Below, piece after piece: positions 38,368 to 46,210 of a DNA stretch of 64,000 nucleotides. Positions within the stretch are counted from its first letter, which is position 1, and every line of letters starts with the position of its first letter. A program made the position numbers and the translations under genes. The stretch spans positions 12,384-76,383 of the forward strand of contig DURD01000027.1 of NCBI GenBank assembly GCA_012837435.1, in the 5' to 3' direction. Source of the stretch: Erysipelotrichaceae bacterium. GTDB lineage: Bacteria > Bacillota_I > Bacilli_A > RFN20 > CAG-826. The notes below the pieces were generated by a model that was given only the letters and a program-made list of their open reading frames with translations, did not search any database and had not been told where the DNA came from.

Positions 38368-40296
38368 ATGGCATTATTTGATAGAAACAGCATAATCGGA
38401 TCAGAGTACGATTGGTTTAAAGATAAATTAGATCCAAGTTTTTCAATAGATGATGGACCAGAATCAAAAGTTATTTTTGGCTATAATGGCATCGGAAAAA
38501 CAACAATATTTAAATGTCTAAAAGAATTAAACAATAGTCTCGTTGATTTTTTAGATTATGACGAAGTTAAAGATTCCGTAAAGAAACAAAAAACAAATTT
38601 AACTATTGCAACAAACATCACTCAAATCGAAGAGATAAAAACAGAAATAGATAATCTAAAAACTTCGGTTGATTTAAAAAAAATCATTAATGAAAAAATT
38701 GGAATTACAAATGCTACTACTGCAAAAAAATTCGGAAGTAGAATTCAAGAAGTTCAAAAAGATGGAACTTTTGATGGATTTAAAAAGACGCAATCAGAAA
38801 TTGGTGAGGTAGAAAATCTTGTGGGAGACATTTCTCCCAAAGTCTTTTTTGAGATTCAGGAAGAATTATCTTCTGTGGTTGACGCAAAAGATGAATTAGA
38901 AAAAGAGAAGAAAAGACTTCTTTTTGCAGCGCTAGAAAACATAAACGAAACGCTAGATTCTAACGATAACGTTTGTCCTGTTTGTAATAGTCACATCGCT
39001 GATATTAAACAAGTGGTTCAAGATAAGATGAATTCATTAAGTAAGGTTAAATCAGATTTAATTTTGAAACTAAAAAAGTCAAACTATAGTGTAGATTCAA
39101 ATAAAATTAAGGAATTGGCGGAGGCATATGAATTAGTTAGCAATGACGATGATTTAAAAGCTGAATACATAGTATGTGGCGGCCTTTCATCTAATTATCC
39201 TGATATAACGAATAATCATAACAAAATCACAAAATCGAAATCGCAATTATCTGTTTTATTGGAACAGGCTGAAGACAGTTTTCGAAATGTTCAAAAAGTT
39301 ATTGATTTTCTAAAATCTGATTTAGAAAAATATTTTCATGTTGAACCAAAAAATGTTAAAACAGATTCTGAAAATTATTCTTTTTCCATTAAGTTTCCGA
39401 GAGAGACAAAAACTTACAGCACTGGTGAACTTAACTTAATTTGTTTTCTATTTAAGATGTATTCGTTCATAGGTAGCGATAAAACTACTATGATTTTTGA
39501 TGATCCAGTGTCAAGTTTAGACTTTATAAATCATTACAAAATTGCTTACGAGATTGTAAAAAATGCTAAGCCAAAAAAGACTATGGTAGTGTTGACGCAC
39601 TCCGTGGAGTTAATCAACTCAATTAATTCGCAGCATAAAGGATTTTTCAAATTTTACTATTTAGAAGAACGCAAGGGTACTTTAAGTATTCAAGAAATCT
39701 CCAAATCATACACGATAAAAGAGAATCCCAATATCATTACGTTAGACAATTTGCCTGAAATTAGTCAATTTAATGGGTTAATTGAAGCGCTTAAACGCAG
39801 AGAAACAAAGTCACAGAGGGATGGGAATTCGCTATATAAGTTGTTTCATTATACTGTAGAAGCTCAGCATCTCGACAATGATTTTTCAAAATTTTCTAAC
39901 CATAGTTTAATTAATTTAATTGACAGTTTCAAAGGATTTTCTGGTTCTGATTTTTTCACAAATTCAGCAGAAAAGATTATTCACCTAGTGGCACTTAGAG
40001 TATGGCTTGAAAAAAAGCTCTATGATTTAATACCTAGTGAAAGCAAAGATCTTAAGGATGAATTTTTATCAACTGATTCGCTTGGTGGAAAAATAAATCT
40101 CCTTTTGCCTCTTGATAAACTACCGTTAATTTCAACTCAGAGTGGCTTGAGTCGAGATGCTCTAATGAGCAAAAAAGTAATGTTAAATCAAAATATGCAT
40201 TACGATAGTCAAATAATGCCTTTTGCATACGCAATTAATTTATCATTTGATATGATTGAAGAGGAGATTGGGGAATTCAAGAAGTTGTTGCCATAA
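38368..40296 (+). CDS. ABC/SMC-like ATPase with coiled-coil insert and CxxC zinc hook (AAA_13; RloC/PrrC-like)
   Basis: GGGAGG RBS. Walker A GYNGIGKTT, a roughly 300-aa coiled-coil-like insert carrying CPVCNS, signature-like YSTGELNL, Walker B MIFDDPVSSLD, H-loop LTHS. The C-terminal region has RVWLE ... NQNMH. Confidence 0.6.
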   Translation: MALFDRNSIIGSEYDWFKDKLDPSFSIDDGPESKVIFGYNGIGKTTIFKCLKELNNSLVDFLDYDEVKDSVKKQKTNLTIATNITQIEEIKTEIDNLKTSVDLKKIINEKIGITNATTAKKFGSRIQEVQKDGTFDGFKKTQSEIGEVENLVGDISPKVFFEIQEELSSVVDAKDELEKEKKRLLFAALENINETLDSNDNVCPVCNSHIADIKQVVQDKMNSLSKVKSDLILKLKKSNYSVDSNKIKELAEAYELVSNDDDLKAEYIVCGGLSSNYPDITNNHNKITKSKSQLSVLLEQAEDSFRNVQKVIDFLKSDLEKYFHVEPKNVKTDSENYSFSIKFPRETKTYSTGELNLICFLFKMYSFIGSDKTTMIFDDPVSSLDFINHYKIAYEIVKNAKPKKTMVVLTHSVELINSINSQHKGFFKFYYLEERKGTLSIQEISKSYTIKENPNIITLDNLPEISQFNGLIEALKRRETKSQRDGNSLYKLFHYTVEAQHLDNDFSKFSNHSLINLIDSFKGFSGSDFFTNSAEKIIHLVALRVWLEKKLYDLIPSESKDLKDEFLSTDSLGGKINLLLPLDKLPLISTQSGLSRDALMSKKVMLNQNMHYDSQIMPFAYAINLSFDMIEEEIGEFKKLLP

Positions 40297-40834
40297 TGTT
40301 TTACAGAAAGACATAATCGATTTTGAATTCGTGCGATGAATTAACACTTAACAAGATTATCTAACTTTAAAGATTCAAGAGCTAGTGAAATAAAACATTC
40401 AATGTACATTAAGAAAAATATTAAATTACTTAAAAACATGCCGGTAAAGTTTTTATAAAGGTTTGAATAATTTTTTGTTTCGGTGTTCTTTTCTAGCCTT
40501 GGGGAGGAAGCAAAAAAGGATGAAATTATGATTGTTTTTAGTGGGGCTCAAATAGTTTTATTGTTGAAAGAATGTAGGAGCATTTTTTCGAACTTTTGTG
40601 TTTTCAGCCATAGTGGATTCACAAATTTATCAAAAATATTAATCACATTTTTATTGTTGAAATGAAAACAAGAATAACTATATCCCTTTACGTATAACTT
40701 TTATCAGCTCTAGGAAGACGCTATCAAGAATTAGATAAAATGCTTATAACCGTTAGAAGTGGAAGATTAAAAAGATCGGATCGACCGCGGCTAGTTACAT
40801 TAAAAACGCATAGAATAAAAAGTATTATATTTAA

Positions 40835-40900
40835 GAAACAAAGTAGGCAATTCGTCAATCATTGAATGATTGAAAAAGCCGAGCCTTTGTTTCTTTTTTT
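40835..40900 (+). terminator. Orphan compound hairpin terminator
   Basis: Outer 10-bp stem AGAAACAAAG (40835-40844) / CTTTGTTTCT (40885-40894). Inner 9-bp inverted repeat TCAATCATT/AATGATTGA (40855-40873). T7 run follows. Confidence 0.55.
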
Positions 40901-40940
40901 ATGGTGCAATATTAAAACATTTTGATAAGATAATAGTTAT

Positions 40941-42284
40941 ATGAAATTAAGTATTATTATCCCTTGTTATAATGAAGCTAAAGATATTGCTAAAAATGTG
41001 GATATCGTTAAAGAATATCTTTCTATTCATAACATTGAACATGAACTAATTCTTGTCAACGATGGTAGCAAAGATAACACTAAAGAAATAATAGAATCTA
41101 TTCCTGATGTTACCGCTTTATCGTATGAACCGAATAGGGGCAAAGGAGGAGCGGTCAAATACGGAATAGAACAGGCGACTGGCGATTATGTTTTATTCAT
41201 GGATGCGGATTTATCGACAGATTTATCCGCGATAGAAAAAGTTATAGAACTCATTCCTTCCTATGACTTTATTTTAGGTTCAAGACATGCGAAAGGGAGT
41301 GTTATCAAAAAGAAACAACCTTTACTGAGAGTCTTTATCGGTTGGGGTTGTCGAGTCATCGTCAATATGATGTTCCGTTTAAAGCTTAAAGATACTCAAT
41401 GTGGTTTTAAAGCGATAAGAACGGAAGTGGCTAAAAAGATTGTTTCTAAACAATTAATCAATGACTTTGCTTTTGATGTTGAATATATCTATATCGCTAA
41501 ACTAAACAAGATATCCATGTATGAACTAGGTATTACCTGGTCCGATGATCGAGATAGTAAAGTCTCTCCTTTTAGATCATCTGTCAAGTTCTTTAAAGAT
41601 TTAGCTTTTATTAAAAGGAATAAGAAATATTATCCTTTTGATAGTCAGGAACAAGTTAACACTCATTCTGGTAAGGGTGTCGTAGTGTTAATGGTTTCTT
41701 TAATCATTATTCTAGTCGCAGTCTTTATCGCTTTCTTGTTCGTTCAACATAATGAAGACAATACTCAAAGTAGCCAATCCGATAATCTAATTAATGAAAC
41801 AATCAATAATAAGTTTATCGATGTGGTTAATGACCAAATCGAAGCGGATGGTTTTGCTATCGATAATATAAAAACCATTAGTGCAGCTTTTATCACTGAT
41901 AACTATCCCACTAATTTCAGTTTAAATATCGCTTGTCATAGCGAAGATAATGTCTATATCTATAAACTCATAGATTATCCTTATCTTAACGATAACGATG
42001 ATACTGCGATTGAATATTTATTAAACAATAATGAACTCGATTTAAATCAAGGTGTGATTTTAACAAAATATTCATTAGATAAAGAAGTTAGAGATGATAA
42101 TAAAATATATAAATACATAACTTACAACAATAAATTCAGTGGTTATTACCTTAATAACAACGTCTATCAAATATACTTTAATCTTCCGTATGTAGATGAT
42201 AATAATCTATTCCAAAACCCCGCTAGTTTTAATGTTGATCAAGATAATCAGCTATATAGTTATTATTCTTACCTTAATCAATAA
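40941..42284 (+). CDS. GT2 polyprenyl-phosphate glycosyltransferase-like enzyme fused to a TM helix and an N/D/Y-rich C-terminal domain
   Basis: IIIPCYNEA, NDGSKDNT and DADLSTD motifs. TM helix VVVLMVSLIIILVAVFIAFLFV, then about 185 aa with no recognisable motif. Confidence 0.8.
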   Translation: MKLSIIIPCYNEAKDIAKNVDIVKEYLSIHNIEHELILVNDGSKDNTKEIIESIPDVTALSYEPNRGKGGAVKYGIEQATGDYVLFMDADLSTDLSAIEKVIELIPSYDFILGSRHAKGSVIKKKQPLLRVFIGWGCRVIVNMMFRLKLKDTQCGFKAIRTEVAKKIVSKQLINDFAFDVEYIYIAKLNKISMYELGITWSDDRDSKVSPFRSSVKFFKDLAFIKRNKKYYPFDSQEQVNTHSGKGVVVLMVSLIIILVAVFIAFLFVQHNEDNTQSSQSDNLINETINNKFIDVVNDQIEADGFAIDNIKTISAAFITDNYPTNFSLNIACHSEDNVYIYKLIDYPYLNDNDDTAIEYLLNNNELDLNQGVILTKYSLDKEVRDDNKIYKYITYNNKFSGYYLNNNVYQIYFNLPYVDDNNLFQNPASFNVDQDNQLYSYYSYLNQ

Positions 42285-42407
42285 CGCTTATTAATTAAAA
42301 GCTATACATATTCATATGGTAATTTTTTATATCATTAATTTTAGAGCCTAAAAACAATAATAATTAAGAATATAAACAAAAAATATGTCTATAAACTTAA
42401 AAATGTA

Positions 42408-42436
42408 TTGCATATAGATTATTTAATGTCCATAAT
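42408..42436 (+). promoter_or_regulatory. Candidate promoter of the ATPase/TOPRIM-like pair
   Basis: TTGCAT (42408-42413), 17-nt spacer, CATAAT (42431-42436). GGAGAGG RBS at 42443-42449. Confidence 0.4.
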
Positions 42437-42459
42437 ATATTTGGAGAGGTAAGGGCACA

Positions 42460-43596
42460 ATGAAACTACTAAAGTTAAAAGTTTTAAGCGACTATAAAAT
42501 GTTGAAAAAGGGATTTGAGATTAATTTTTTAACTAAAACAAGAGTGAATAAAAATTCTGATAATGATGATCTAATTGAATTAGAACCAGGTTTTTATTAT
42601 CCAGTAGAAACGGCATTCGTCGGAAAGAATTCTTCTGGCAAAACAACGACACTATCTTTTATTAGAACGGTTATGTATTTTTTGCGTTCTGGTAGAATCA
42701 GTTCTGATTTTCTTATTGAACAATTCAAATTTTCTTTTGAATGCTTATTTTACTATGATAAAACAATCTACAAGTATTATGGCGAATTTGAAAAAAATGA
42801 ATTAGTAAATAGAGATTACTTAATTATCAAAGATGAAATGTTGCAAAAGGCTATCTATAGGAAAAATTACACAAAAGATTTGAGTAATGCAAATTTTAAG
42901 AAAGATGAGCAGTTTGTTCCTAATATTAACGGAGATACATCCAGTATTTCAAAAAAACGCTTAATTGATTTTTCTATTTCGATTGACACTCTTGAAGGAG
43001 ATGAAACAAGCTTATTCATTATCGGTAATCGCATTGATGAAATTTATGGAAAAGAAGTCTTTAAAACTCTGATTAATATGTTCGACGACAGCATTGAATA
43101 CATCAAAAAAACAAAGGGAAATAATGATAACGCAGAATGTATTTTTAAACGTATCAATAAACCAGAAAAATATGTTGATTTTTCTTACCTAAGAAATCAT
43201 TTATCAGCGGGTACCTATCGCGGTCTTTACTTATTCGCCGCTTCAATTTTGGCTTTTAATTATGGGGGCACCATTTTAATTGATGAAATTGAAAGGAGTT
43301 TTAACAAGAATTTAATCGAAAATTTATTCATGCTATTTAGAGATAAACGCATCAATAAAAAAGGGGCATCCATTATCTATTCAACCCATTATGCTGAACT
43401 GCTGGATACTAGTGATAGATGTGATAACATCAACGTACTTCATAGAAATGGTGATTCTATTACCGTGAACAACATGCATTCCAGTTATAAAGTGAGAACG
43501 GATTTATCTAAATCTAGTCAGTTCGAGCAAAATGCTTTTGATAATCACATTAATTACGAAAAATTAATGGATTTGAGGAGAAATCTTATCAAATGA
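42460..43596 (+). CDS. ABC-type (AAA_21-like) ATPase
   Basis: Walker A GKNSSGKTT, signature-like LSAGTYRG, Walker B ILIDEIERSF, H-loop STHYAE. Confidence 0.75.
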   Translation: MKLLKLKVLSDYKMLKKGFEINFLTKTRVNKNSDNDDLIELEPGFYYPVETAFVGKNSSGKTTTLSFIRTVMYFLRSGRISSDFLIEQFKFSFECLFYYDKTIYKYYGEFEKNELVNRDYLIIKDEMLQKAIYRKNYTKDLSNANFKKDEQFVPNINGDTSSISKKRLIDFSISIDTLEGDETSLFIIGNRIDEIYGKEVFKTLINMFDDSIEYIKKTKGNNDNAECIFKRINKPEKYVDFSYLRNHLSAGTYRGLYLFAASILAFNYGGTILIDEIERSFNKNLIENLFMLFRDKRINKKGASIIYSTHYAELLDTSDRCDNINVLHRNGDSITVNNMHSSYKVRTDLSKSSQFEQNAFDNHINYEKLMDLRRNLIK

Positions 43597-44099
43597 AAAT
43601 AATCTTAGCGTGTGAAGGTCAAACGGAAGTATATCTGCTCGAGAATTTGATTAATAGAGGATATTTACATTTTGGAAACGATTTACTTTTGGATAAACCA
43701 ATCAAGCTAAGACAATTAAAAGAAATTGAATCTATCATTAATACTCTTCCAATAGATGAATACATTGATATTTATCGTATCGGAGATACTCTGAAAGAAA
43801 AATTAAGTAAAAAAGGCTTTGAACTTCGTGAAAAACACATCAAAGAGATAAAAATCTGTACAAAAACTGAAATTGAGATTCTCGTGATTATTAACGAAAA
43901 TCTTTTGGATGAGTATGAGAAAAATAAGAATACTATAAAACCCAAACAATTTATTAAACAACACATTAAAAATTTTGATCCAAAAGAATATTTTGATAAA
44001 CACGATATGTATCCCGCTATTTGTGAGTACAAAAGAATTAAACAACATAAAAAAGATGAGTGGTGTTTAAAAGACTTAATCGATAAATTTTCTAAATGA
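43593..44099 (+). CDS. Small RloB/DUF4276-like (TOPRIM-related) partner protein
   Basis: ATGA overlap with the ATPase gene. The N-terminal MKIILACEGQTEVYLLENL resembles the EGxTE start of the RloB/DUF4276 families, with a later TEIEILVII. The assignment is tentative. Confidence 0.45.
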   Translation: MKIILACEGQTEVYLLENLINRGYLHFGNDLLLDKPIKLRQLKEIESIINTLPIDEYIDIYRIGDTLKEKLSKKGFELREKHIKEIKICTKTEIEILVIINENLLDEYEKNKNTIKPKQFIKQHIKNFDPKEYFDKHDMYPAICEYKRIKQHKKDEWCLKDLIDKFSK

Positions 44100-44215
44100 A
44101 TTGATTTTTTTAAAATGCTAAACAAGGCGTTTTATAAAATTCCAAGTTTTAATAAGAAGGGAAAGAGAAGAAATTATTAAATTAATTCTTTATTTCGTTT
44201 TACCGTTTTGGTAAA

Positions 44216-44593
44216 ATGAATTATCAAAATCATCCTATGAAAATATCGTATCGAAATAAGAAAGATGAAAAATTATGTAACAACACTAAAACCGCTATTA
44301 AGAAAATGGGAAAGGAAGTGGCTTACAAATTAGCGGACCTACTAAACTTAATTGAATCATTTCCAAATCTTAAAAGTTTATGGGGAATGCCTCAATACCG
44401 CTTGCATGCACTTAAGGGTAATCGCCAACATCAATATTCGCTTGTTATTAGTAAATCAAGTGGATGGAGATTAATAGTGTATCCGCTTGATGAAGATGGA
44501 AATTTTTTGAAAGCTGGTAATAAGGAAATGGAAATGCTAGCAAAAGCGGTCAATGTGGAAATTGTGGAGGTCAGTAATCATTATGAGGAATAA
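44216..44593 (+). CDS. HigB-like (plasmid-killer/RelE-fold) toxin
   Basis: YRLHALKGNRQHQYSLVISKSSGWRLIV resembles the HigB signature (L.G....qySirin..wRi.F), and the protein ends in ...IVEVSNHYEE. The true start may be the ATG at 44237. Confidence 0.6.
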   Translation: MNYQNHPMKISYRNKKDEKLCNNTKTAIKKMGKEVAYKLADLLNLIESFPNLKSLWGMPQYRLHALKGNRQHQYSLVISKSSGWRLIVYPLDEDGNFLKAGNKEMEMLAKAVNVEIVEVSNHYEE

Positions 44594-45668
44594 AGAAGGA
44601 AGAGTAGTCAATCATCCCGGTGTCTATTTAAAAGACGCAATGGAAGAACTGGGTTTAAACCAATCTGAATTTGCCTTGAGAACCGGGTTATCAACTAAAA
44701 ACGTTTCAACTCTTGTCAATGGGGAAAGCGATATTACTTTTGATGTTGCTGTCAGACTTGCCGCATTTTTTAATAACGAAGTAGAAGGGTGGATTAATTT
44801 GCAAACAAAATACAACTTATACAAATATAGAGAAAAAAGAGAAAAAGAACTTGAAGAAGAATGGCGAATTGTCCAAATGTTTAACAAAGAATTTTTATCC
44901 AAATGTTGCAATGTTACCATCAATAATGAAAATAAAGAAAAAACGATTAGTGAGATGAGAAATGTTTTTAGGGTTGGAACTCTACAAGCACTAAAAAAAG
45001 ATGATATGTATGCATTTTGTAAAACTAGCGTCAAAAAAGACATTGATGAAAAAACGATTATTCTAAGAAATGCTTGGATATCTATCGCAGAAACAGTTGC
45101 TAGAGATATAAAGTGTTCTACTTTTGATAAAGACAAAATTATTAGTGAAGTACCATTTTTGAGAAGTTTGACATTAAAAAGACCAGAAGAATTTCAGCCA
45201 TTATTAAAATCATTCCTAGCTAGTGCTGGAGTTAAACTCGTTATTTTACCTTATTTATCTAATAGCAACGTCAGTGGTGTGACAAAATGGATGAGAGATG
45301 ATAATAGTGTCATGGTCGCGATTAATGACTGTGGGAAAGTAGCTGATAGAATATGGTTTTCAATTTTTCATGAACTGGGTCACGCTATTAGGAACCACAA
45401 GCGTCATTTAACAATATCTTACGAAAAAAATAAGATTGAGGATGAAGATGAAAAGGCTGCTAATAAGTTTGCTCAAGATAGTTTGATTGATCCTATAGCA
45501 TATAGTGATTTTGTAGCTAAACGACATTTTGATTTGAGCAGTATCGATCGTTTTGCCGAGCAACAAGGAGTTGCGGATTTTATCGTTATTGGAAGACTTA
45601 AGAAAGATAAAATTTTAGGTTGGACACAATATCAAAACAGGATAGTTAAATATTCTGTAGTGAATTGA
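44583..45668 (+). CDS. HigA-type XRE HTH fused to an ImmA/IrrE (COG2856) zinc metallopeptidase
   Basis: The ATG at 44583 overlaps the toxin stop. HTH HPGVYLKDAMEELGLNQSEFALRTGLSTKNVSTLVNG. HEXXH motif HELGHA in the C-terminal domain. Confidence 0.8.
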   Translation: MRNKEGRVVNHPGVYLKDAMEELGLNQSEFALRTGLSTKNVSTLVNGESDITFDVAVRLAAFFNNEVEGWINLQTKYNLYKYREKREKELEEEWRIVQMFNKEFLSKCCNVTINNENKEKTISEMRNVFRVGTLQALKKDDMYAFCKTSVKKDIDEKTIILRNAWISIAETVARDIKCSTFDKDKIISEVPFLRSLTLKRPEEFQPLLKSFLASAGVKLVILPYLSNSNVSGVTKWMRDDNSVMVAINDCGKVADRIWFSIFHELGHAIRNHKRHLTISYEKNKIEDEDEKAANKFAQDSLIDPIAYSDFVAKRHFDLSSIDRFAEQQGVADFIVIGRLKKDKILGWTQYQNRIVKYSVVN

Positions 45669-45875
45669 TGATTCATCATCCCATGAACGCTTATAAAATA
45701 CATCTCAAATATTTAGGTAACAACCATATATCTATAAAAAATACAAAATGTATATTACTTTAAGAATTCGATACATTTTTAATTCTTAATAATTTAAGTG
45801 GAACATAACCTATATTTGTGGTAAACTTCTACTGATTAGATAATAAACTCAGTTATAATTAGAGAGGGTATATAA

Positions 45876-46199
45876 ATGCGAATCCAATTTACAGTAACCG
45901 AAGATGAACTAAAGCAATTGACTAAAAAGGCTATGGAGGGAAATTATCCTAGTGTTAGTGAATATTGTAAGTGTAGCAGCTTAAATAAAAATACAAGCTA
46001 CGTTAAGCTATACAATAATCTACTAGAGAAAATAGGGAGATTACCTAAAAACAGCGAATTTGTTTTACGAGATATCATCGCAACCCCACCAGCATTAATT
46101 GGTAGATGGTTTTATGAGAATGTTAAAAACGGACGAGTTAAAAATCTTGAACACATAGGAAAAGACGAAGGTGGAGTAGAAAAATATAGAAAGTTATAG
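45876..46199 (+). CDS. Small protein, possibly DUF1413-like
   Basis: AGAGAGGG RBS. 107 aa. The C-terminal LIGRWFYENVKNGRVKNLEHIGKDEGGVEKYRK resembles my recollection of DUF1413. Confidence 0.4.
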   Translation: MRIQFTVTEDELKQLTKKAMEGNYPSVSEYCKCSSLNKNTSYVKLYNNLLEKIGRLPKNSEFVLRDIIATPPALIGRWFYENVKNGRVKNLEHIGKDEGGVEKYRKL

Positions 46200-46210
46200 G
46201 TAATTTGACT

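Noticed and set aside
40740-40865. The 41-aa basic ORF (…GRLKRSDRPRLVTLKTHRIKS…) faintly resembles the N-terminal region of ribosomal protein L18
   Set aside because: The resemblance is a short basic pattern only, no ribosomal operon context exists, and the ORF is too short. It is kept only as a possible mini-ORF in the gap finding.
44624-45136. 170-aa minus-strand ORF; similar antisense ORFs occur at 11120-11485, 26546-27019, 33770-34156, 52202-52570, 53612-54028, 54468-54839, 55283-55591 and 56537-56935
   Set aside because: Each lies entirely antisense to a +-strand gene with clear family motifs. Their products are low-complexity Ser/Leu/Phe/Ile-rich, as expected from AT-rich antisense frames.
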